From NCBI GenBank assembly GCA_041687695.1, contig JAWLBL010000009.1, forward strand, positions 171,634 through 235,633: a stretch of 64,000 nt of DNA, in the 5' to 3' direction. Shown one piece after another: positions 8,967-17,400 of the stretch (its first letter is position 1; each line of letters opens with the position of its first letter). The translations under genes were made by a program, and so were the position numbers. The notes beneath the pieces were generated by a model. It did no database searches. It saw only the letters and a list, made by a program, of their open reading frames with translations, and was not told where the DNA came from. This DNA is from Myxococcota bacterium. Lineage in GTDB: Bacteria; Myxococcota_A; UBA9042; PHBI01; JAWLBL01.

Positions 8967-9013
8967 GATTCGTAATCAGCAGGTCCGCGGTTCAAGTCCG
9001 CGTGTCGGCTCCA
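8967..9013 (+). pseudogene. 3' fragment of tRNA-Thr(CGT), probable prophage att site
   Basis: GATT-CGT-AATCAG anticodon loop, T-arm CGCGGTTCAAGTCCGCG, acceptor 3' strand TGTCGGC-T-CCA. No complementary 5' acceptor strand or intact D-arm upstream. Confidence 0.85.
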
Positions 9014-9014
9014 A

Positions 9015-9047
9015 GAAAGCCCCTGGGAAACCGGGGGCTTTCGTGTT
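9015..9047 (+). terminator. Rho-independent terminator after the tRNA fragment
   Basis: GAAAGCCCC-TGG-GAAA-CCG-GGGGCTTTC hairpin followed by GTGTTT. Confidence 0.75.
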
Positions 9048-9140
9048 TCGAAGGCACGGCCAACACGCCTGAAGCAGCGCGGTACCCGCTCTGGTACCCA
9101 CGCCGGTTGCCGCGTGGGCTGACGCGTCGAGCGCGGCCGG

Positions 9141-9408
9141 TCAGGGGGCGCGGCGGACGCGGGAGAGGCCGACCTCGACGGGGTCGCGGTCGTAGGTGAG
9201 GCCGCTGCGGCTGGGCACGGCGGGGAGCGCGGTGCGGGCGAGGGGGGTCAGGGGGAGCTGGGCCTCGGCGGCGTCGCAGAGGGGGCGGCCTTCGGGGCTG
9301 CTGCAGAGCGAGCTGCGGACGTAGACGACGCAGCGCTCGCCGGCGAGATCGGCGGGGGTCCAGTCGCCGGGGAGGCGGACGACGCCGGCCAGCTCGCGGC
9401 GAGCGCCG
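9141..9408 (-). repeat. Orphan duplicate of the 3' end of the 24409..26451 gene (left direct repeat)
   Basis: Ungapped manual alignment to 24409..24676: 268 bp with 12 mismatches, stop codon included. Confidence 0.95.
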
Positions 9409-9708
9409 TCCCGACACGGACGTAGATGGCCGAGAAATAAGCGACACGACCCGGGAATCGACCCGGCACAGGGCCGCAGCACAAGGCCGGTGTAGGGTAG
9501 GTCATCTCCCGATCGTCACGCGTACGCCCGTCTCCGCGCTCGCTGCCTGAGCGCCCTGGTGTTCGAAACGCGTTCCGGGATCCGAGCCGCGGCAGGTCGT
9601 CGCGGCGTCTCCACCCCGAATGTCGGCGCCACTCTCTTGGCGACGCAGCGGCCATCGTCCGCTCTGCGTGGCCCCACCGGAGGGCGTCGATGTCTTGGAG
9701 GTCAACCC

Positions 9709-12582
9709 ATGCGTCCTGCCCTCTCCCTTGGACTCGCGGCGAGTCTCGCCGCGGCCCTCGGCCTGGTCGCTTGTACCGGCGGGCCCAACGGTCCCGCGGA
9801 ACCTGGCCCAGGTCACACCTCTACTGGACTCGCCTTGTCGGCGCATGCCGACGGCGCCGTGGGCTTCCACTACGTCGTGACGCGCGTCGCCTGCAACGGC
9901 GAGTCGCTGGATCCCGCCGACGCCGTCACCCACGAGGCGACCGAGCCGTTCCTGCCCTTCGAGTTCCAGGGCGACCCGATGAACCCGGCGGCGAACCACG
10001 CGTTCGCAGACCACTTCTTCACACTTCCCGCTGGATGCTACGACGTGTCCGCGACGCCGATCGACGCGGCCGGTGAACCGATGAGCGGGTGCGAGCCGGC
10101 ACGCGCCGCAGGGGTCGAGGTCGCAGATGCCGAGACCACGGAGATCCTGCTGATCAGTCACTGCGAGAGCGATCCGGTCGGAGGGCTCGATGGGATCGCG
10201 GCGCTCAACCACCCGCCGACGCTCACGCTCCTTGAATTCAACCCTTCCAAGTTCAACACGATCTGCGCCGATACCAAGGTCTGCGCGATCGTCACGGACA
10301 TCGACGACGACAAGATCCGGCTCGTGTGGCAGGTCACAAAGGGTGAGCTGTCGGGCGGTCCGACCGTCGTGAGCTCCGTCCAGCACGGCGGCAGCCTCAC
10401 CGAGTGCGTCGCTGTGGGCTCGGAGGTCGCGGGCGCGTTCGAAATCACCGTCTGGGCCTACGACCAGCGATACGACAACGAGGTGTGGATCGACTGGGAG
10501 GCTTGGTTTGCCTCCGAAGGCCACAACATCCTCTCCCATGATTCACTTTCGTTCCCGCTCTACTTCATGGGCGAGGATTGCTATCCCGGGGGAGGCTCTG
10601 ACCTGGACAAACCGGACGTGAGCCCGCCCTACGGGGACGTCCCACATGGCAAGGACACCGAATCGGATGGCCACGATGTCGGCCCATGCGATGCGAAGGT
10701 CGACGGACTCGATTGCTTCTGCGTGGGCGAAAGAGGCCCCGAAGGCCCCATGGGCCCCCGCGGACCGAAGGGGAAGATGGGTCCCCAGGGCCCCGAAGGT
10801 CCTGAGGGTCCCGAAGGCCCGGCAGGTCCCGAGGGGCCTGAGGGGCCGGTGGGTCCCGAGGGGCCGATGGGTCCCGAGGGGCCGATGGGTCCCGAGGGGC
10901 CGATGGGTCCCGAGGGGCCGATGGGTCCCGAGGGGCCGATGGGTCCCGAGGGCCCGATGGGTCCCGAGGGCCCGATGGGTCCCGAGGGCCCGATGGGTCC
11001 CGAGGGGCCGATGGGTCCCGAGGGGCCGATGGGTCCCGAGGGGCCGATGGGTCCCGAGGGCCCGATGGGTCCCGAGGGCCCGATGGGTCCCGAGGGCCCG
11101 ATGGGCCCCGCGGGTCCGACCGGCGCGACGGGCCCGGCTGGACCTGCCGGTCCCGAGGGCCCGATGGGCCCCGCGGGGCCGACCGGCGCGACGGGCCCGG
11201 CTGGACCTGCCGGCCCCGAGGGGCCGATCGGCCCCGCTGGTCCCGAGGGGCCGATCGGCCCTGCTGGTCCCGAGGGGCCGATGGGCCCCGCTGGTCCCGA
11301 GGGGCCGATGGGCCCCGCTGGCCCCGAGGGCCCGATGGGCCCTGCTGGTCCCGAGGGGCCGATGGGCCCCGCGGGTCCCGAGGGCCCGATGGGCCCCGCG
11401 GGTCCCGAGGGCCCGATGGGCCCCGCGGGTCCCGAGGGCCCGATGGGCCCCGCGGGTCCGACCGGCGCGACGGGCCCCGCTGGACCTGCCGGCCCCGAGG
11501 GACCGATGGGCCCCGCTGGTCCTGAGGGCCCGACGGGCCCCGCTGGACCTGCCGGTCCCGAGGGGCCGACGGGCCCCGCTGGTCCCGAGGGGCCGACGGG
11601 CCCCGCTGGTCCCGAGGGGCCGACGGGCCCCGCTGGTCCGACCGGCGCGACGGGCCCGGCTGGACCTGCCGGCCCCGAGGGACCGATGGGCCCCGCTGGT
11701 CCCGAGGGGCCGGTGGGCCCCGCAGGCCCGACCGGCGCGACGGGCCCGGCTGGACCTGCCGGCCCCGAGGGCCCGATGGGCCCGATGGGCCCCGCGGGTC
11801 CCGAGGGCCCGATGGGCCCCGCGGGTCCGACCGGCGCGACGGGCCCGGCTGGACCTGCCGGCCCCGAGGGCCCGATGGGTCCCGCGGGCCCCGAGGGGCC
11901 GATGGGCCCCGCTGGACCTGCCGGTCCCGAAGGCCCGATGGGCCCCGCTGGTCCCGAAGGGCCGACGGGCCCCGCAGGCGCGGATGGAGAGTCCGTCGTG
12001 GGCTTCTCCGAGGGACCGGGCTCAAACTGCACCTATGGCGGCGTCGCGTACACCGTAGGCGGCCAGACCGACTACGTGTGCAATGGCGAGCCGGGCCCTG
12101 AGGGCCCCGCGGGTCCGACCGGGCCCGAAGGCCCGCAGGGCCCTGCCGGTGGCATCATGACGTTCGGCTATTTCTATGCATTGATGCCGCCCGATAACGC
12201 CGCGACGGTCGCCGTGGGAGCTCCAGTCGACTTCCCACAGGACGGCGTCACGAACGGCATCGCGCGGACCGGTCCGAACACATTCGAGCTTCCGAACATC
12301 GGCGTCTACGAAGTGTTCTGGCAGGTGAGCATCAGCGAGGCTGGGCAGCTCGTCCTGGCGCTCGACTCGGGTGCCGGGCCGGTGGACGTGGCCAGCACCG
12401 TGGCGGGACGGGCGACGGGCACATCACAGATCGTCAACAACGTGCTCGTCCAGACGACCGTAGAGAGCACGATCCTGACGATCCGCAACCCGGCGGGGAA
12501 CGCCGCGGCGCTCACGGTGACACCACTCGCCGGAGGCACCCGTCCCGTCTCGGCGACGTTGGTCATCAAACAGATCCAGTAG
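9709..12582 (+). CDS. Collagen-like surface lipoprotein with a BclA-C-terminal-like head domain
   Basis: GGAGG RBS; lipobox LVAC; about 140 Gly-X-Y triplets (10726-11994); C-terminal [26 protein letters not shown] domain as seen in collagen-like spore-surface proteins. Confidence 0.88.
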   Translation: MRPALSLGLAASLAAALGLVACTGGPNGPAEPGPGHTSTGLALSAHADGAVGFHYVVTRVACNGESLDPADAVTHEATEPFLPFEFQGDPMNPAANHAFADHFFTLPAGCYDVSATPIDAAGEPMSGCEPARAAGVEVADAETTEILLISHCESDPVGGLDGIAALNHPPTLTLLEFNPSKFNTICADTKVCAIVTDIDDDKIRLVWQVTKGELSGGPTVVSSVQHGGSLTECVAVGSEVAGAFEITVWAYDQRYDNEVWIDWEAWFASEGHNILSHDSLSFPLYFMGEDCYPGGGSDLDKPDVSPPYGDVPHGKDTESDGHDVGPCDAKVDGLDCFCVGERGPEGPMGPRGPKGKMGPQGPEGPEGPEGPAGPEGPEGPVGPEGPMGPEGPMGPEGPMGPEGPMGPEGPMGPEGPMGPEGPMGPEGPMGPEGPMGPEGPMGPEGPMGPEGPMGPEGPMGPEGPMGPAGPTGATGPAGPAGPEGPMGPAGPTGATGPAGPAGPEGPIGPAGPEGPIGPAGPEGPMGPAGPEGPMGPAGPEGPMGPAGPEGPMGPAGPEGPMGPAGPEGPMGPAGPEGPMGPAGPTGATGPAGPAGPEGPMGPAGPEGPTGPAGPAGPEGPTGPAGPEGPTGPAGPEGPTGPAGPTGATGPAGPAGPEGPMGPAGPEGPVGPAGPTGATGPAGPAGPEGPMGPMGPAGPEGPMGPAGPTGATGPAGPAGPEGPMGPAGPEGPMGPAGPAGPEGPMGPAGPEGPTGPAGADGESVVGFSEGPGSNCTYGGVAYTVGGQTDYVCNGEPGPEGPAGPTGPEGPQGPAGGIMTFGYFYALMPPDNAATVAVGAPVDFPQDGVTNGIARTGPNTFELPNIGVYEVFWQVSISEAGQLVLALDSGAGPVDVASTVAGRATGTSQIVNNVLVQTTVESTILTIRNPAGNAAALTVTPLAGGTRPVSATLVIKQIQ
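10726..11994 (+). repeat. Collagen Gly-Pro-X coding tandem repeats (9/18-bp units)
   Basis: Near-identical GGTCCCGAGGG(G/C)CCGATG units. Confidence 0.95.
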
Positions 12583-12612
12583 ATCGATCTCCGATCTTCG
12601 GGACTGTGTCCT

Positions 12613-12650
12613 CAAGGGCGAGCCGGCGGCGCACCGTCGGCTCGCCCTTG
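12613..12650. terminator. Strong hairpin between convergent genes
   Basis: CAAGGGCGAGCCGG..TCGGCTCGCCCTTG inverted repeat just after the collagen gene stop. Confidence 0.65.
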
Positions 12651-12860
12651 GCGTTCGAGCCGCGAGCAACCACGGACCGGCCTATGGTCTGAAGGTCGAC
12701 GGCGCCGCGTTCTCCGCGTGGCGTGCCGCGTGTTGTTGCACGACGGGCGGAGCCCGGTCAGCGGGCGGGGCGAACGCGCGGGAGGCTGGCCTCGACGGGC
12801 CGCGGTCGGAGGTCGGCCCCGTCCGCGGACCCCGTATTCGGGATCCGCGGACGTGCGCTC

Positions 12861-13649
12861 TCAGGCGTCGACCGGCTCGGCCGGCGCGGGCGCGGCCGGG
12901 GTCTCGGTGACCGCCTCGGACTCGGCGGGCGCAGCCTCGTCGCCGCTGGCCTTGCGGACCGTCGGACGCAGGCGCTCGGCGAGATCGTCGCGGCGTGCGA
13001 TGCGGAAGCCCTCGGACAAGACGTTGGCCGCGTACTGGTAGGCGCGGCGCCAGTCCTCCATCGCCCGGTCGCGCGCGCCCATGGCCTCCTGCGACTCGCG
13101 GTGCTCGCGGTCGACCTCGTCGATCGCCTCGGCGAGCGGCTCGCGGACCGCGGTCAGCTCGGCGACGACGAAGGCGGTGTCCAGCTTGCCGACGCCCCGC
13201 CGCTCGGCGGCGCGGGGGCTGCGCTCCATCAGGTGGATGGCGTTCTCGAGGAAGCCCGCCAGCTTGTCCGCGCTGCGCGGCGTCGCGCCCGCCAGCCCGT
13301 AGCTCGTGACGGCGCCCGCCCCCATGAAGTCCCGCACCAGCCCGCGCATGTCGGCGGTGGCCTCGGCAGCCTTCGCGTACGCCGCGTCGCGCTTCGCCCG
13401 GAAGCCGCCGTCATCCGACTGCTCGGCCGTGTACTTCAGCTCGGCCGCGACGAGCCCCTCGGTGCGCCCGTCGAGCACGTTAGCGGCCGAGGCGAACGTC
13501 GCGCCCGGGTCGGCCGGCGGCGCCACCCCGGCGGCGACACACTCCGAGAGCAGCCCCTCGGCGAGGAGCTCCGCGTGCGTCCTGGCAGCGGCGCTCACCT
13601 GCCGCGCGATGCTGGCCATGTTCTGAACCCGAACCGAGAGCTTGCTCAT
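12861..13649 (-). CDS. Hypothetical all-helical protein (262 aa)
   Basis: AGGAGG RBS before MSKLSVR; AEQSDD..R..RD, YGLAGATPR and LAERLRPT motifs; acidic Pro/Ala tail. The real gene is the 3' part of ORF 12861..15563. Confidence 0.8.
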   Translation of the reverse strand: MSKLSVRVQNMASIARQVSAAARTHAELLAEGLLSECVAAGVAPPADPGATFASAANVLDGRTEGLVAAELKYTAEQSDDGGFRAKRDAAYAKAAEATADMRGLVRDFMGAGAVTSYGLAGATPRSADKLAGFLENAIHLMERSPRAAERRGVGKLDTAFVVAELTAVREPLAEAIDEVDREHRESQEAMGARDRAMEDWRRAYQYAANVLSEGFRIARRDDLAERLRPTVRKASGDEAAPAESEAVTETPAAPAPAEPVDA

Positions 13650-13847
13650 GACGACCTCCTGCAACGATGACGACTTGATGCTGCCCCGCAGCGCGGGACC
13701 CCGAGTCCCTCGTGCGTTCCGGCAGCCGACCTCCATGAAACGGTCCCACCAGCGTAGCCCGACCCGTGCCGGGCCTGTCAACCGACCCCGAGACGATCGC
13801 CAGGACACGCAAGGTGAGGCAGTGTCGTCCGCCGCCGCAGGCGGCCC

Positions 13848-13976
13848 CGCGCCGGCCACGCCGGCGCTCTGGACCGCGCCGGCCACGCCGGCGCTCTGGA
13901 CCGCGCCGGCCATGCCGGCGCTATGGACCGCGCCGGCCATGCCGGCGCTATGGACCCCGCCGACCACGCCGGCGCT
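13848..13976. repeat. 27-bp tandem hairpin repeats (4 full + 1 partial)
   Basis: Unit CGCGCCGGC-CA(C/T)-GCCGGCGCT(C/A)TGGAC; each full unit has an 8-bp perfect stem and a 3-nt loop. Confidence 0.9.
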
Positions 13977-13996
13977 TCGCAATCTGCGATGGCCCT

Positions 13997-14388
13997 GAGG
14001 ACGATCGCAGGTGACGCGTTCCGAAACCGAAGGACTCCCCGACCGCTCGCAGGCCTCCTGATTGAAAACCGACGCGCCCCCCGACCGCTCGTAGGGGGCG
14101 TGTCTCCCCAGGGTCACGCCCGCCGAGCGCTCGCAGGTCGGCCTTCTCCAGCGGGACAGCCCTCCCGACCGCTCGCAAGCGGTCCTCGCAACCCGAACGT
14201 CACACCTGCGAGCGCTCGGGACCCGTCTGGTTTCTGCAACAGGCCACCTACGAGCGCTCAGGACCCGTCGCGTTTCTGCGACAGGCCACCTGCGAGCGCT
14301 CGGGACTCGTCTCGCTGCTGCAACAGGCCACCTGCGAGCGCTCGGGACCCGTCTCGCTCTTGCAACAGGCCAACTGCGAGCGCTCGGA
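13997..14388. repeat. 42-bp-period array of a CCTGCGAGCGCTCGG motif in two oppositely oriented halves
   Basis: Minus-oriented copies at 13997 (degenerate), 14039, 14081, 14123, 14165; plus-oriented 42-bp units at 14203, 14245, 14287, 14329, 14371. Confidence 0.88.
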
Positions 14389-14483
14389 CCGAGCTGGTTC
14401 CCCTCGAGCCGCCCGACCACCTCGGTTGCCGAGTTCCAAACCGCTGGGGTAGAACGCGAGATCCTCGTGCCCAGGAGGTCCTC

Positions 14484-17400
14484 ATGTCGCGCGCACACTG
14501 GAGCGACGTCGTCGCCGCCTTCACCCGTCACGCCGAGCACTACATCCGTCACGGGGGCGGCGAGGCGGCCCTCATCGGCCGCCGCGCCGAAGGTTCGGTC
14601 ACGCTGCAGTACGCAGGCCGGGTGGTCCTCGAGCTCCTGCAGAACGCGCTCGACCGCGCGGACCGGCAGGTCGAGGTCCGCTTCGAGGACGGGCGGCTCG
14701 TCGTCGCCAACGACGGCGCGCCGTTCACCGTCGATCCCGCCTTCGACTACGACCAACCGAAGCAAGGCGTCGCCCGGCGCGACTTCAACGCCCTGTGCGC
14801 GCTCCACACCTCGAACAAGTCCGCCGACCGCCAGCTCGGCAACAAGGGCATCGGCTTCCGCTCGGTCTTCGGCGTGGCCCGCCGCGTCCAGGTCTGGAGC
14901 AAACTCGCCGAGGGCGGCTGGTGGGGGCTCGAGCTCTCGTCCGAGCTGAACCCCGCAGAGTGGCCCGGCTCGGAGCTTCCCAAGCTCGACGAGCGCATCG
15001 AGTCGCTCGGGCCCGAGCGACGCCCGAGCTTCCACTTCCCCCGGCCGCTGCGCCGGGCGGACGCGCCGGCCGAGGGCCTCGACGCGATGGAGACCGCGGT
15101 CCTGCTCGAGGTCGAGGACCCGCAACACCGGCAGCAGATCCAGGACGAGGTCGACGGCCTGGCCGCGGTCCGCCTGCACTTCATCACGCTGCAGTGCCCC
15201 GGGATCGCCGTCAGCGTCCAGCGGAGCCCCAACCCCTCGGCGACCGGCTGGAGCCTGAGCACCCAGACCCACCCCGACCTGGCGGCTCTCGCCCGCGCCG
15301 CCGACCACGCCGTGCCGCAGCCCCGGGTCAGCGTCGCATGGCCTCCCGTGGGAAGCGCCCCGACCGGCGCCTTCTTCAACTACCTCCCGACTCGCGTCGG
15401 CACCGGCCTTCCGCTCGACGTCCACGCCGACTTCCAGCTCAAGGCCGACCGCGACACGATGGCGCTCGGAGCGAGCTCCGACGTGGGCCGGTACAACCTG
15501 GCCCTCCTCGAAAGAGCCGCCGAGCTCCACGTCGCGCGCCTCCGCGAGGCCTGCCGGGACCAAGCGCTGCCTCGCGAGGATCTATGGCTGCTCGCCGGTC
15601 GTCCCGACGGTGCGCCCGAGCCCTGGGTGCTCGCCCTCCGAAACCAGCTGTTCCCGGGCAAGTCCTGGGATCTCTGGCGCCAGCTCGCCGCCTCCTTCTT
15701 CCGCGAGGTCCGCCCCGAGGCGGCCTACCGCGCCTTCTGGGCCGCCACCCGCGCTTGGCTTCATCACCTGCTCGGCTCTGGTCACTGGACGCCCACCTGG
15801 CGGAAGGCAGCGGTGGACCTCTGCGACACCTTCGCCGGCGCCGGCATCCGGCTGATCCCGGTTCCAGGCCCGACGGGGCTCGATGCGGTCGCCCTGCCGA
15901 CCCGACAGCAGCGTGGGCTCCGCGCCGAGCGCCGCCTCTTCGTCCTGCGCGATCCCAAGCACGACGCCATCGCCATCCCCCAGGCCCTCCTCAGCCTCGG
16001 TCGCGCGGTGACGCGCTTCAACCTCGGGCCCTGGGAGGAGCCCTCGGGCGCCCTCCGCTTCGTCCCGGACGCGGTGCTCGGCGATCTCCGCCAGATCCCC
16101 CGCGACCCGGCGAACCTCGAGACGCAGCCCTCGCTCACCGAAGCCGACCAGACCGATCTACTCGCCTTCGCCAAGGCCCTCCTGCCGGCCGACCCGCCCG
16201 ATCACTTCGCCTGGCGCGCCTTCACCGACTCCGAGGACCGCCGCTTCTTCGGACGCGCCATAGCCACGCTGTTCCTGCCCACGACCGAGGGCCGCTGGGA
16301 GCCCGCTCGCCAGCTCACCGCCGACCGCGTGGACCGCGCTCGCCTGCTCGGCCCTGATGGCGAGCCCCTGCTGACGGACGCCTTCCTCGCCCGCCTGGGA
16401 GTCGCGCCCGCCGGAGCCGTCCCGCTGGTCGAAGAGGGCGACCGGGGACGCGTCGACCCGCTCGACGCCCCGCCGCCGCTCCAGCCGGCCGGGGCCGACC
16501 ACCTCGCGCGCCCCCTGGCCGCCCTGCTCGACGGACCGCCCTCGATCTCCGAGGTCGGCCACACCCTCGAAGGGCTGCCCGCAGACAACAAGGACTCGGC
16601 GGTGCGCCACGGCCTCGGTTCGACCGCTTGGCTGCCCCGCGCGCTCTTCCGCGAGCATCTCGACCCTGCAACCCAGCAACCCACGTTCATCCCGCTGCCC
16701 GAGCGCCTGGCCCCCCGTGACGTGCTCACGGCCCACCGCGACCCGCGCCGCGTGTTCCTGGCCGAGCCCATCGACGCAGGACACGACGAGGTGCTGGAGG
16801 AGTTGGGCGCCATCAAGAGCCTGGGAGACGAGCGCACCGCCCGTCGCGCCCCGGCCCTGCTCGACCTGCTCGCTTCACGCTGCCCCAACCCCGATGCGCT
16901 CACGGGCAGCCTGCGGACCCGGCTCGCCGCCCTCTTCGAGGCGCTGGTCGACGTGCTGTCGATCGACGACGGGCCCGAGGTGCCGGTCCTGATCGAGCAC
17001 AACGGCGCCCTTCGCTGGCGGAGCGCCGGCGAGGAGGCCTGGCTGGCCCGCGACGAGGATCGGAGCGCGCTGCGCCTGTACTTCCCCGACCTGCCGCGGG
17101 TCGCCGCCAGCCACCGCCGCGGCCTCGCCGAGCGCCTGGGCGTGCGAGAGGTCTCGCTGCGGCAGACGGTCCGCTCCGACGGAGCTCTCGAAGAGACCCA
17201 GCTGGCTCGAAAGCTCGCGGCCGCGCTCCGCGAGCACCTGGCCGCCTTCTGCGCCCTGGCCGAGGTCAGCCGGCTCGTGCCCGCGGTCGACCTGGAGCGG
17301 GTCCGCCGGGCCTGGCTGGGCGGGTCGCCGCCCGTCGAGCAAGCGAAAGACGCCTGGGTCGAGCTGGCCCTGGAAGGACCGGACCTCACCCCGCGGCCCT

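Larger units (their letters stand above)
1..9013. mobile_element. Prophage, right-hand end (Mu-type baseplate/tail genes, lysis cassette, accessory genes), ending at a tRNA-Thr(CGT) 3' fragment
   Basis: Contiguous gp46/gp47/gp48/tail-fibre genes, a candidate lysis cassette and a terminal tRNA 3' fragment. Integrase and head genes are not in this window. Confidence 0.85.

Noticed and set aside
8938..9013. Intact tRNA-Thr gene
   Set aside because: No 5' acceptor strand complementary to TGTCGGC, no proper D-arm, and a mismatched anticodon stem.
9141..9408. DGR template/variable repeat pair with 24409..24676
   Set aside because: Mismatches are mostly C/G swaps at synonymous positions, not adenine-specific, and no reverse transcriptase is present.
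10629..12032. Antisense collagen-like ORF (GPS/GPI repeats)
   Set aside because: It is a mirror of the GGN-CCN repeat on the coding strand and has no signal peptide or terminal domains.
13997..14388. CRISPR array
   Set aside because: The conserved part is only ~15 bp, orientation flips midway, right-half spacers are near-identical, and no cas genes are in the window.
13923..14483. N-terminal extensions of ORFs 13923..18821 and 12861..15563 through the repeat region
   Set aside because: Repeat periods of 27 and 42 bp keep frames open by chance; strong AGGAGG RBSs mark the real starts at 14484 and 13649.
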